Positions 6,432 to 15,866 of a DNA stretch of 29,715 bases are shown here, piece by piece; the stretch's first letter is position 1, and each line of letters begins with the position of its first letter. The notes under the pieces were generated by a model that was not told the DNA's origin, searched no databases, and saw only the letters and a program-made list of their open reading frames with translations. The stretch is from a virus (lineage: Duplodnaviria > Caudoviricetes): the IMG/VR virus record IMGVR_UViG_3300031996_000011, positions 1-29,715 of that record. One strand, 5' to 3'. Both the position numbers and the translations under genes were made by a program.

Positions 6432-8307
6432 AGAAGCAGTATGGCTTATCGAGCACCCTCACTTTGAGCAGAAGCCGGCTTCGATCAAGGAGTTCGTTGG
6501 CGAGGGCTACCTTGAGATTGCAGGCCTGATCCGCCCAGGCCTTATGAAGGCATTGACTGATATCTTCGGCGAGAAGGTCAACGGGAAGCGTATCGCTAAC
6601 TTCGAGCGCGCCATGATTACTGGTGGCATCGGCATCGGAAAGACGACATTCGCCTCGATTGCTCTGCCTTACATGTGCCATTGGATTCTCTGCCTCAAGG
6701 ATCCGCAAGGACACTTCAAGCTCCTTCCCGGTTCGCGCATTGCTTTTATGCAGATGAGTACCAGCGAGAAGCAGGCTATGGAGGTTATCTTCGGTGACCT
6801 CAAGGCTCGCATCGAACACTCGCCGTGGTTCATTAACAACTACCCTCACGACGATAAGTACACCAAGCAGATCCGCTTTCCAAAGGATATCTGGATCCTC
6901 CCCGGTGACTCGTCTGAAACCACGTTTGAGGGTTATAACATCTTGGCCGGTATCCTCGATGAGATGGATTCGCACAAGGTCACCGAGAATAAGGACTATG
7001 CCGATATCGGCTACGACACCATCCAGTCGCGTATCGCCTCTCGATTCACTGAGTACGGTGACGACGGCGAAGAGGCTGGCCACAAGGGACTTCTGATCTG
7101 TATTGGTCAGATGAAGAAGTCCACCGGTTTCGCCGCCAAGAAGTATCGGGAGTACCTGCACGACCCGAAGGCTTACGTCGTTCGTATGTCGATCTGGGAG
7201 TCACTCGGCTGGGACAAGTTTACCCGCAAGGACGGAACGCGCAACTCGTTCTGGTATGACGCCAAGCGCAAGACTATCATCCCAACTCTCGTGGCCGGGA
7301 TGATTAAGAACGAGAACCTTATTGAAATCCCGAACGCCTACAGGATTCAGTTTGAGAACAATCCGGAGAAGGCCCTCAAGGACCTTGCTGGCATACCTCC
7401 CACCACTTCAGACCCGTTCATCAGTCTACTTGATCGCGTGGACGAGTGCATTGAACGCTGGGTTGAGAAGCACGGAGACGAGTCCCCCGTCGGGCCAGAA
7501 ACCTCTCGTCCAGTTTTTGCTAAGTGGTTCCAAGGTCATGGCGATCCTCGTCGGCGTCACATTCACGTTGACCTTGCTGTGTCTGGCAACGGTGATGCCT
7601 TGGGTATGGCTATGGGCCACGTTGACTCTATCGTTGATGTAGACGGCGAGAAAAAGCCGCACATTGTCATCGACTGCTTGATCAGATGGAAGGCCATGCC
7701 TGGTACGGAAATCTTGCTGCAAGAGGTCCGCCGGGTTATCTACGACCTGAAGGAAGATCGCGGGTTCAAGGTTCACTCGGTGTCGATGGATGGGTTCCAG
7801 TCCACCGACACCAAGCAGCAGCTGCGCAAGAAGCGCTATCAGGTAGACGACCTATCAGTTGACAAGTCTACGCTACCGTATGAGGACTTGCGTGAAGCGA
7901 TCTACGAGCGACGACTCGATTTTCCTCCCTATGTGACCTATCTGCGCAAGGGTGATGGTGAACTTGTCAACATCGCTGTTCTCGAGCTGTCTACGCTGCA
8001 GTATACTGGCAAGAAGGTGGATCACCCACCGGAGGGCTCGAAAGACGTCGCAGACGCAATGGCTGGAGTTGTATCGACGCTAATGGGTGACAGGGTGTAC
8101 CGCCGTGGTGTAACTTCAATCTCTGCTGCAACAGTACCATCAGACGAGAATCTTGCAGCAACCGGTACGACTGATCCCCGAGGACGAGTACTCCAATTCC
8201 CCGGCAACGGTGACGGACTTCAGGCTCCATTGCCACCGTCCGCAGGCGGGATGCTTGGATTGTCTATTCCTCCGAGACTTCAGCCGAAGAAGCCACGGGA
8301 GTATTAA
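6400..8307 (+). CDS. terL: Terminase large subunit
   Basis: Walker A GGIGIGKTT, Walker B ILAGILDEMD, nuclease motifs IHVDLA, SMDGFQS and KVDHP..GSKDVADA. It precedes the portal. Confidence 0.95.
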   Translation: MSTFDPKRIAEEAVWLIEHPHFEQKPASIKEFVGEGYLEIAGLIRPGLMKALTDIFGEKVNGKRIANFERAMITGGIGIGKTTFASIALPYMCHWILCLKDPQGHFKLLPGSRIAFMQMSTSEKQAMEVIFGDLKARIEHSPWFINNYPHDDKYTKQIRFPKDIWILPGDSSETTFEGYNILAGILDEMDSHKVTENKDYADIGYDTIQSRIASRFTEYGDDGEEAGHKGLLICIGQMKKSTGFAAKKYREYLHDPKAYVVRMSIWESLGWDKFTRKDGTRNSFWYDAKRKTIIPTLVAGMIKNENLIEIPNAYRIQFENNPEKALKDLAGIPPTTSDPFISLLDRVDECIERWVEKHGDESPVGPETSRPVFAKWFQGHGDPRRRHIHVDLAVSGNGDALGMAMGHVDSIVDVDGEKKPHIVIDCLIRWKAMPGTEILLQEVRRVIYDLKEDRGFKVHSVSMDGFQSTDTKQQLRKKRYQVDDLSVDKSTLPYEDLREAIYERRLDFPPYVTYLRKGDGELVNIAVLELSTLQYTGKKVDHPPEGSKDVADAMAGVVSTLMGDRVYRRGVTSISAATVPSDENLAATGTTDPRGRVLQFPGNGDGLQAPLPPSAGGMLGLSIPPRLQPKKPREY

Positions 8308-10025
8308 TGACAGCACTGCTTGGTCCTAACGGCCAGCCGATTGACAAGTATCTTCTCTACAACAAGAAGGCAGCTCCTCCAAAGCTAGGCGAGTCATTCG
8401 GCGCATGGGCCGGTCGGGATCAGGAGTTCTTCCAGCTCCCAGGCGGTGGTGTCGTCCAGTTCGACCTTTCGAAGCTGCAGCTCGAAGACTATCGGGCGAT
8501 GCGCGATCACTACCAGGTGAACTCTTCGCTGGCAGTCCTCTCGTTTATGCAGCATCAGAGCGATTGGCACATTGAGTGCGAAGACAAGAAGATCGCCGAC
8601 TTCTGCGAAGAGCAGCTTCGCAACAACTGGACTCAGCTGAATCGCGCCTTCTCAGTAGCCAACTGGGCGGGCTATTCTCCCATGGCTCTCAATTACGAGA
8701 ACAACCTTCAGACGCGGTCCATCGACCTGAATAAGGTAAAGGACCTTTATCCTGAAGAGTGCGAGGTCAACTGGAAGCTCGTAGACGGCTGGGCGCCGCC
8801 AGACCGTGTACCCCCGAAGTACAAGGTCTACGATGGTATCAAGCAGATTGGTGCGCCTTGGCCGATTCCTGTGGAGAACAGCCTGTGGTATCCGCTGCTC
8901 ATGGAGCACGGCGACTACAACGGGCGTAAGCTCCTTCGACCTGCGTTTACGAGTTGGTTCTTCAGTATTCTCGTTCACCTTTTCGCGAACAGGTACTACG
9001 AGCGCTTCGGCGAGCCAGTACCTATTGGCCGTGCGCCGTATGACGATGAGATTGTTCTTGACAATGGCACTACCGTCAAGGGCAATCAGTTCATGCTGGA
9101 CACTCTGGCGCAGCTTCGTTCGCGGTCTGTAGTTGTTCTGCCCGACCAGAAGTCTCAGGACTCTAACGGGCGTCCCATGTTCGACTATGACATTGAGTAC
9201 CTTGAGTCTCAGATGCGTGGTGCGGACTTCGAGCGCTACATGACGAGGCTTGATGAGGAAATCTCCATTGGACTTTTTACTCCTATTCTTCTTCTGCGCA
9301 CTGCTGATGTTGGTTCTTACAACCTTGGCGTAGGCCACATGCAGATGTACCTGTGGATGCTGAATGCGATGAACGATGATCGTGCTCAGTATATCGACAA
9401 GTATCTGCTGCGCAAGATGGCTGACTTCAATTTCAGCGAGAAGGCGCCGTCTCCGAAGATTATCTACCGGAAGATGGGCAACACCAACACCGATCTTATC
9501 AAGGAACTGCTGACTGCTCTTGTCAATAAGGACAAGGCGATGGTTGACCTTGAGGAGCTCGGTACGCTCGCTGGCATGAAGCTCAAGGAGGTTCGTCAGA
9601 CGCTCGCGCCTGATCCGAATGCGGCACCGAATGACCCGAACGCACCCACTCCGCAGCAGGGAGATGCCCCCGACCAAGGGGGACAGAAGCCCGCTGCGAT
9701 CCACTCTGCGGCTCCGGTGGACGACGTGTGGGCCATTGGAAGAGAGATCGTAGATCGGGTGCGCCCGCAGGTAGAGGCTGCCGTCAGGAACGGCAACTTC
9801 GACGGTGATCTGCAGCTCAATATGGGCTACAAGCGCAAGATGGAGAAGGCTCTAGCCAGCGCTGGGTTCTCATTCCCGGTAGTCTGTACCAATGAGTTCT
9901 ACGGACGCATGGACAATTGGATCAACGACGCTCTGCCCACAAAGATGGAGCCCGAGTCGTTCATGAAGTTGTTCTGCAACGTTCTCAATATCGAGATCGA
10001 GGCACTACTCAATGCTGCGCCGTGA
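8307..10025 (+). CDS. Portal protein (Mu gp29/DUF935-like)
   Basis: Position after terL. Motifs WAGYSPMAL, GRKLLRPAFTSW, YYERFGEPVPIGR, GSYNLGVGH resemble DUF935 portals. Confidence 0.9.
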   Translation: MTALLGPNGQPIDKYLLYNKKAAPPKLGESFGAWAGRDQEFFQLPGGGVVQFDLSKLQLEDYRAMRDHYQVNSSLAVLSFMQHQSDWHIECEDKKIADFCEEQLRNNWTQLNRAFSVANWAGYSPMALNYENNLQTRSIDLNKVKDLYPEECEVNWKLVDGWAPPDRVPPKYKVYDGIKQIGAPWPIPVENSLWYPLLMEHGDYNGRKLLRPAFTSWFFSILVHLFANRYYERFGEPVPIGRAPYDDEIVLDNGTTVKGNQFMLDTLAQLRSRSVVVLPDQKSQDSNGRPMFDYDIEYLESQMRGADFERYMTRLDEEISIGLFTPILLLRTADVGSYNLGVGHMQMYLWMLNAMNDDRAQYIDKYLLRKMADFNFSEKAPSPKIIYRKMGNTNTDLIKELLTALVNKDKAMVDLEELGTLAGMKLKEVRQTLAPDPNAAPNDPNAPTPQQGDAPDQGGQKPAAIHSAAPVDDVWAIGREIVDRVRPQVEAAVRNGNFDGDLQLNMGYKRKMEKALASAGFSFPVVCTNEFYGRMDNWINDALPTKMEPESFMKLFCNVLNIEIEALLNAAP

Positions 10026-10287
10026 CCGCACAAGGAACGAGCTCCGCTGCTTCTGTGGACGACGGCCCCTCCTGGCCACTTACGGGCTGGATACAGACGG
10101 GAGACTTTACGTTCACGTTCGCATCTTCAAGCAGCAGCGGATATACGGCGAGGTGGTTGTCACGGAAGGAACCGTCAGGCTCCACTGTCGCGAGTGTCTT
10201 CGTTGGCACAAAGTTGTTATTAAGCAATACGGTGGAGCAGGACTGATCGAGGAGACTGTTCCGCCCATTTCCGCTGACGAAGCGTGA
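10012..10287 (+). CDS. Small zinc-ribbon protein, Mu Com-like
   Basis: ELRCFCGRRPLLA...VRLHCRECLRW, basic and 91 aa; overlaps the portal end. Confidence 0.6.
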   Translation: MLRRDRTRNELRCFCGRRPLLATYGLDTDGRLYVHVRIFKQQRIYGEVVVTEGTVRLHCRECLRWHKVVIKQYGGAGLIEETVPPISADEA

Positions 10288-10298
10288 TTTCGCCATGC

Positions 10299-10328
10299 TT
10301 GCCCCATGATGGTGTATCTCTGTAAGGT
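10299..10328 (+). promoter_or_regulatory. Putative promoter for the capsid genes
   Basis: TTGCCC - N18 - TAAGGT in the 100-bp intergenic gap, preceded by CATGC. Confidence 0.45.
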
Positions 10329-10388
10329 GCATGTTCACGAGCCAGTTCGCTCAGGGCCATGCTGAGGAAGTTGAAGGGATAGAATCCT

Positions 10389-11759
10389 GTGCCAAACAGA
10401 GCAAAGGACTTCTTGATGCGTAGCCCGGACCCTCGTGGACCTCACGACTGGTTCCGCATCGAGAACAAGAAGAACGACGAAGGCAAGATCACGTCGACTG
10501 ATATCCACATCTACGACGAGATCGGCTTCTGGGGGACCAGTGCTGCGGAGTTCACGAAGCAGCTTGCGGCTATCGACACCGAGGAGATTAACCTCCACAT
10601 CAATTCGCCTGGTGGAGAGATCTTCGACGGCATTGCCATCTACAACGGTCTAAAGGCGCACCGAGCCAAGGTGAACGTCGTTGTAGACTCCCTTGCTGCT
10701 TCGGCTGCATCTTTCATTGCTCAGGCGGGTGACACTGTTCAGATCACTCGCAATGGCACAATGATGATTCACGACGGCATCGCCTTTACCTACGGCAACG
10801 CCAAGGATCACCAAGACAGCGCGAACCTGCTTGACAAGCTTAGCAACAACATCGCTGACATTTACGCTCAGCGAGCAGGCGGCGACGTCACTGCTTGGCG
10901 AGATGTTATGCGTGAAGAAGCCTGGTACAACGCGCAGGAAGCAGTTGACGCCGGGCTTGCCGACGAGGTTGTAGAAGTACAGCCTTCCAAGGATGAGCCT
11001 GCACCTGAGAACAAGTTCAGTCTCATCAGCGTTTTCAACTACAGTGGAAGAAACGAAGCACCCTCGCCGGAACGAATCCGTCAGCGGGTAATCAACCGAG
11101 TCAAGGAGGCTCGTATGACGACGCCTGTCAATGGGCATGAGGACGGCACTCCTGAGGAGGAGCCGCAGCGACTTGCTGGCCAGCCTGTGGAGGAAGAGGA
11201 CGGCAACAGCCCTGACGGCAGCCAGCCTGCTCCCCCGGTTGAGGTCGGTGAAGTCCCCGTCTCTCCCAACGAGGCCACCCAGCCTGCAGCTGTTCCTGAG
11301 CAGCCTGCTCAGAACCGTGTTGGCGTTCTGATCAACGGTGTCCGCACGTCGGACATGCAGGCGATTCAGAACCACATTAACGTCCTCGAGACTGTCGTGA
11401 AGGACACTCGCGAGGCAAACCGCAAGGGGTTTGTCACCGACCTTGCGGGGTCTGGACGGATTGCCGCCACTCAGCTGGACAAGACGATCGAGTTCGCCCT
11501 GTCGCTGAACGATGGGCAGTATGAGTCGTGGGTTGCGTCGTGGGACGCCGCACCCAGCCTCCCGCTGTTCGGGGATCACGCCGCCCGCGGCCAGTATGGA
11601 CCGGAAGCTACCGGGACTGCTAAGGCCGAGAACGACAGCCTTGCTACCGCGAAGGAGATTCTGGCGATGCACAAGCGCGCCGGGATGCCCCTCAACGATA
11701 TCAAGGAGACTCCCAGCTACAAGACGGTCATTGCAAGTGACCCCGAGTTCCAGCTCTAA
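10389..11759 (+). CDS. ClpP-type capsid maturation protease fused to scaffold region
   Basis: IYDEIG, INSPGGEIFDGIAIYN, LAASAASFIA, MMIHD, EAWYNAQEAVDAGLAD, then an acidic Pro-rich linker and a helical C-terminus. Confidence 0.93.
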   Translation: MPNRAKDFLMRSPDPRGPHDWFRIENKKNDEGKITSTDIHIYDEIGFWGTSAAEFTKQLAAIDTEEINLHINSPGGEIFDGIAIYNGLKAHRAKVNVVVDSLAASAASFIAQAGDTVQITRNGTMMIHDGIAFTYGNAKDHQDSANLLDKLSNNIADIYAQRAGGDVTAWRDVMREEAWYNAQEAVDAGLADEVVEVQPSKDEPAPENKFSLISVFNYSGRNEAPSPERIRQRVINRVKEARMTTPVNGHEDGTPEEEPQRLAGQPVEEEDGNSPDGSQPAPPVEVGEVPVSPNEATQPAAVPEQPAQNRVGVLINGVRTSDMQAIQNHINVLETVVKDTREANRKGFVTDLAGSGRIAATQLDKTIEFALSLNDGQYESWVASWDAAPSLPLFGDHAARGQYGPEATGTAKAENDSLATAKEILAMHKRAGMPLNDIKETPSYKTVIASDPEFQL

Positions 11760-11772
11760 GGAGAAGTGACGC

Positions 11773-12225
11773 ATGAGCACTTTCATTAAGGGCGGCAGCA
11801 CCAGCACCCCGTTCGGTCGTAACGAGTTCCTCCGCTCCACGCGAGGCACGAAGTTCGAGTCCTACACCCTTGCTGCCTCCACTGTTCCGTCTCGCACCAT
11901 TGACGGTGTCGCGGGCCAGAAGATCCTCCAGCCGGGCACTGTCCTCGCCAAGATCACCTCCACTGCGGAGGCTGGCAAGGTTGGTCCGTTCTCGGCTGCC
12001 GCTACGGACGGTCGTCAGACTGCTGCCAACATCGTTGGCCTCAACCTGACCTTCCTCCCGTGGCAGACCATCGAGCGTGACGTCGAGGTGTCGGCCATGT
12101 ATATCGGCACCGCCGTTCAGGCGTGGTGCCTTGAGCTCGACGCGACGAACACTGCCATCGCCCTCACCAACACGACCGCTGATGCTATGCGTAGCACCAA
12201 GGGTCTTGACGTTACCTTCAAGTAA
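11773..12225 (+). CDS. Head decoration protein
   Basis: Lies between protease and capsid. LQPGTVLAKIT...ATDGRQTA..IVG is typical of decoration proteins. Confidence 0.8.
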   Translation: MSTFIKGGSTSTPFGRNEFLRSTRGTKFESYTLAASTVPSRTIDGVAGQKILQPGTVLAKITSTAEAGKVGPFSAAATDGRQTAANIVGLNLTFLPWQTIERDVEVSAMYIGTAVQAWCLELDATNTAIALTNTTADAMRSTKGLDVTFK

Positions 12226-12239
12226 GGGGTTAATGCACC

Positions 12240-13421
12240 ATGACGACTTATGGCATTGACCGCCTGGTCCGCAAGGAGGTCAGCCTCGGTGCTATCCGTG
12301 AGCTGCTCCCTCCGAGCAACTTCATCGGTCTGCAGATCGCTCCCTTCCTTCCGGTTGCCACTGACGATGTGATCTTTGAGTACATCAAGGGCAACCTGCA
12401 GGAAGGCCTGGCCCCGGCTCGCGCCGAGGACGCTGAGGCGGAGCTCGCGCAGAAGGACGCCCTTGCTTACGGGCAGGGTCGCGCCGCTCTGATCGACTGG
12501 GCGCTCAAGGACAAGTACACGGCTTCGGACGTGACTCGTTACCGCGAGAACCTGCTCATCCAGCAGCGCCTTCAGGGTACGATCTCCGACCTCCGCTTCA
12601 ACGAGATCGGTCGTACCACGGAGGACTTCCAGGCTCGCATGGCCCGCGAGGACGCCCTGCGTCGGCGCAAGCTCGATATCCGTATCGAGTGGCTGATCAT
12701 GACTGCCCTCCAGACCGGTGCGCTGTCCTACAACGACGGCAAGATCAAGTTCTCTGTGAACTACGGTCGCCCTGGTGGTCAGCAGGACATGGTTCCCGCT
12801 GGCGGCCTCTGGTCTGCCACGACCTGTGACCCGATCGGTGACCTGCTCGCCGTGAAGCAGTCCGCTCGTGACACCTACGGCGTTGAGCTCACCGAGGGCA
12901 TCCTGTCCTCGCGAGTCGTCAACAACATGTGGAAGTCCACCCGCTTCCTCGCCGCCCTCGGAATGCCTGTGGTTGCGTCTGGTACGACCAACGTGCCGCT
13001 CGACCCCAACTACATGGGCCTCCGAGGCTACAACCCGACTGGGATCCTCCAGCTGGTTTCCGAGGCGACCGGGATCAACTTCCGCGTGTACGACGCTTAC
13101 TACCGGACTCGCGCTATCGGTAGCCAGACCTTCGCCAACACGCGCTTCGTGGCTGACGACAAGGTCATCCTCTACCCGAACCCCGGTGACTTCAACGGCA
13201 ACGCTGGCACCAATGGTCCGGTTGCTGGGCAGGTGGACGACACGCAGCTTGGCTTCGCCAAGACGCTGACCTCCCCCCACCCCGAGGGTAACTGGCAGGC
13301 CGGCTTCTACGAGTGGGAAGACGAGACCAAGGACCCGTGGATGCACGTCCGCGGTTCTGGCATCAAGGCTTTCCCCGTGTTCCCGTACCTCGAGTACTCC
13401 TACGTTCTGGACGTTCTGTAA
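12240..13421 (+). CDS. Major capsid protein (lambda gpE-like family)
   Basis: Size, position and strong codon bias. Motifs RIEWLIMTALQTG, W......DPIGDL, DPW......IKAFPV. Confidence 0.92.
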   Translation: MTTYGIDRLVRKEVSLGAIRELLPPSNFIGLQIAPFLPVATDDVIFEYIKGNLQEGLAPARAEDAEAELAQKDALAYGQGRAALIDWALKDKYTASDVTRYRENLLIQQRLQGTISDLRFNEIGRTTEDFQARMAREDALRRRKLDIRIEWLIMTALQTGALSYNDGKIKFSVNYGRPGGQQDMVPAGGLWSATTCDPIGDLLAVKQSARDTYGVELTEGILSSRVVNNMWKSTRFLAALGMPVVASGTTNVPLDPNYMGLRGYNPTGILQLVSEATGINFRVYDAYYRTRAIGSQTFANTRFVADDKVILYPNPGDFNGNAGTNGPVAGQVDDTQLGFAKTLTSPHPEGNWQAGFYEWEDETKDPWMHVRGSGIKAFPVFPYLEYSYVLDVL

Positions 13422-13436
13422 GCGTCCATACCAGCT

Positions 13437-13478
13437 GGGCGGGTAGCCTTCCTCACATGCTCCGAAGGCTACCCGCCC
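13437..13478 (+). terminator. Hairpin after the major capsid gene
   Basis: GGGCGGGTAGCCTTC / GAAGGCTACCCGCCC, perfect 15-bp stem; no U-tract. Confidence 0.7.
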
Positions 13479-13499
13479 TGAAAAGTTAGGAAGAAGAAG

Positions 13500-14018
13500 A
13501 TGGCTGAGGCAGAGCTCACACCCTCTGCCGCTCAGGTTGACCTTGAGCGGCGACGAGGTCAGGAGGTCGGTGATTCTGCCGTTGGTGCGGTGGAGTCCAA
13601 CCCTGCCTCTTTCGGTGTCGAGGAGTACGTCGGCACCGATCCGGTGTACCAGAACTACGCCGAGGACGTTCACAAGCCCCTCGCGGCTGACGACGGTGTC
13701 TGGAAGGATCAGGAAGAGGAGTTCCGCGAGCGGTCTCTCTCTCACCTCGAAGACCCGCCCGAGGCCAAGGAAGAGCCCGACACCGAAGACCCGGTCGAGG
13801 CCAACCAGCGGCAGCACGAGGCTCGCCTCAAGGCCTACGAGGCCAAGCAGAAGCAGGTCGAGTCGGATGCTGCTGGTCCGTTCGCCTACAACGCTACTGC
13901 TGGCGGCGAGTACGACCTCACCGACGAGGGTGTCGATGTTGGCTCCTCCGAGGCGCTGTCCGAGTCGGAGGCTTCCGACGCGAGCACCGGTGACGCGACC
14001 GACCAGACCGCGTTCTAA
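13500..14018 (+). CDS. Highly acidic hypothetical protein (head region)
   Basis: Good SD region and codon bias like the capsid gene; rich in D/E/A. Confidence 0.75.
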   Translation: MAEAELTPSAAQVDLERRRGQEVGDSAVGAVESNPASFGVEEYVGTDPVYQNYAEDVHKPLAADDGVWKDQEEEFRERSLSHLEDPPEAKEEPDTEDPVEANQRQHEARLKAYEAKQKQVESDAAGPFAYNATAGGEYDLTDEGVDVGSSEALSESEASDASTGDATDQTAF

Positions 14019-14031
14019 GTAGGAGCTAGCG

Positions 14032-14553
14032 GTGGCGTACTGCAATTCTACAGATCTGTTGGCATACTCAGGAAATATTCCTGCGCCGTCATATCTGAAT
14101 CCGCAGAAGTTTGTCGATGATGCTGCTGACGAGATCGACTCCAAGATCGGCTTTGTCTACCAGACGCCCATCGACGTTACTGATGTGCCTGAGAATCCTG
14201 TAGTACGCCCCGCTCGCCTCCTCCTGAAGCGCCTGAATGTGAACCTCGCCACCGGACGTATGCTGCTTGCGGCAGATGCCAGTGGCGAGGGTTCACAGCT
14301 GCACGCCTATGGCTGGTCGCTGATCCGCGAGGTGAATGCAGCGGTCAATAACCTCATCGACGGAGATATTGTTCTTGAAGGTGCACCACTCGTTGCGCCT
14401 GGCGCCTTGAACAATAACATTCCACTGATCTACAACAAGGATGCAGAGTCGAACGTTGAGGCGTTTTACGACCGCGTCGCCAACCCAGGTTACTTTTATC
14501 CGGCTGCTCTTGGCTCTATTCGCTATATCAACCCTGACGGGCTGATTCAGTAA
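14032..14553 (+). CDS. Head-to-tail adaptor (Mu gp36-like)
   Basis: MAYC...DL...DAADEIDSKIG..Y..P pattern; AGGAG SD; synteny. Confidence 0.8.
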   Translation: MAYCNSTDLLAYSGNIPAPSYLNPQKFVDDAADEIDSKIGFVYQTPIDVTDVPENPVVRPARLLLKRLNVNLATGRMLLAADASGEGSQLHAYGWSLIREVNAAVNNLIDGDIVLEGAPLVAPGALNNNIPLIYNKDAESNVEAFYDRVANPGYFYPAALGSIRYINPDGLIQ

Positions 14554-15059
14554 TGCCGGGTGGTCGTTGGGGAGCTTATCTTCAAGACGCTGACGTAGTG
14601 CGTCTGCTCACTCGTCTGGAAGTTACACTTGGTCCTGTGGGCTTGACTGCATTCGCCAAGACTGTTATGACGCCTTACATGCGCGAGAGGGCTCGTGCCC
14701 GGTTCGCCAATGAAGGTGACGATGCTGTTGGTCAGTGGATGCCCCTTCAGGAAGCGACTTGGAACTTCCGTGAAGAGCAGGGGTTTCCTCCCGACCATCC
14801 GATCAACAAGCGAACTGGCAGGCTAGAGGCGTACATTACTGGAGGCGGTGTCGGCGTGACTCCTACTCCAGATGGCGCTCTTCTGACATTTCCTGACCAG
14901 CCTCCAACTGGAGAGACTGCACGGAAGCTTGAGACGGCTCAGTACGGCAAGAATGATCCGTACACTCCCTCCCGTCCCGTTCTCGGAATCAGTGAGGTTG
15001 ATGTTGCCTTTGCTGTTACCGCTCTTGCAGACTTTATCGAGCGGGGAGGCGCTTCGTGA
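14553..15059 (+). CDS. Neck/virion morphogenesis protein (Mu gpG-like)
   Basis: RFANEG....W.PL..AT, RTGRL and P.RPVLGIS motifs; synteny. Confidence 0.75.
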   Translation: MPGGRWGAYLQDADVVRLLTRLEVTLGPVGLTAFAKTVMTPYMRERARARFANEGDDAVGQWMPLQEATWNFREEQGFPPDHPINKRTGRLEAYITGGGVGVTPTPDGALLTFPDQPPTGETARKLETAQYGKNDPYTPSRPVLGISEVDVAFAVTALADFIERGGAS

Positions 15060-15553
15060 TTACCGATACAACCTCGGTCTTTCCGAGTAACGCTATCGGC
15101 GTGCTGAAGCAAAAGACACAGAATCTAGACCCAGACTTGTTTGTCATTGGGCGACCGCTTCGCGAGAGTGACCCGGTTCAGTCTGTTGGCATTTTCGGAA
15201 CTCAGTGGATACCTGATGACCCTCGCTCACTTGAGATCATGGGTCTTCCTGTGGGGCGCCACGTTCCGACTCTGCAGTCGTATCTTATCACGATCCAAGC
15301 TTTCGTGAAGGATATGGATGAGGAGCGAGGACTGACGGTACACTCGGTCCTATCAAAGAAGCTACGGTCCATGCTGTACCGGGATGACTCCGTTCGGGTA
15401 GGGTTGCTAGCGCTGTCAGTTACGATGAATGGTAGCACTGAGCGGACAAAAAGGTTCGGACTAAGAACGCAACGGTTCGTGAGTAACGAGCTGAGCGGGT
15501 CGTGGCTGTATCTGTCCACATTGGAATTCTGGCTAGAGACCGAGACGGTCTAA
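15056..15553 (+). CDS. Putative tail terminator/completion protein
   Basis: GTGA overlap, size, and position before the tail tube. Confidence 0.6.
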   Translation: MITDTTSVFPSNAIGVLKQKTQNLDPDLFVIGRPLRESDPVQSVGIFGTQWIPDDPRSLEIMGLPVGRHVPTLQSYLITIQAFVKDMDEERGLTVHSVLSKKLRSMLYRDDSVRVGLLALSVTMNGSTERTKRFGLRTQRFVSNELSGSWLYLSTLEFWLETETV

Positions 15554-15563
15554 AGGAGACGAA

Positions 15564-15863
15564 GTGGCTACATCAGACGAGGAGCTCGCGGACAAGCGAG
15601 CGCACGTCCAGGAGCTGCGTGAGCAGGTGGCGGCGGAAGAGGCCAAGCGTCTCGAACGTGAAGCCGGGGTCGTCAATGACCTTGCCTCTCAGCAGCTCGA
15701 CGCAGAGGCTGCGCGCCTCGAAGCCCAGCTCGCTCAGGCTAAGCTGGTAAACACGAGCGACAGCACGAACTATGCCCTTGACGCTGCGAAGGCTGCAACC
15801 AAGGCTGCTGAAGAGCAGAAGGCTGCCGTTGAGGGTCGTGCCAACGAGAGCCAGGAGGGCTAA
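15564..15863 (+). CDS. Small coiled-coil hypothetical protein
   Basis: AAGGAG SD and GTG start; A/E/Q-rich heptads. Confidence 0.7.
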   Translation: MATSDEELADKRAHVQELREQVAAEEAKRLEREAGVVNDLASQQLDAEAARLEAQLAQAKLVNTSDSTNYALDAAKAATKAAEEQKAAVEGRANESQEG

Positions 15864-15866
15864 GCT

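Noticed and set aside
12117-14144. 675-aa antisense ORF over the capsid region
   Set aside because: Shadow of strongly codon-biased + strand genes; L/V/G/R-rich with no motifs.
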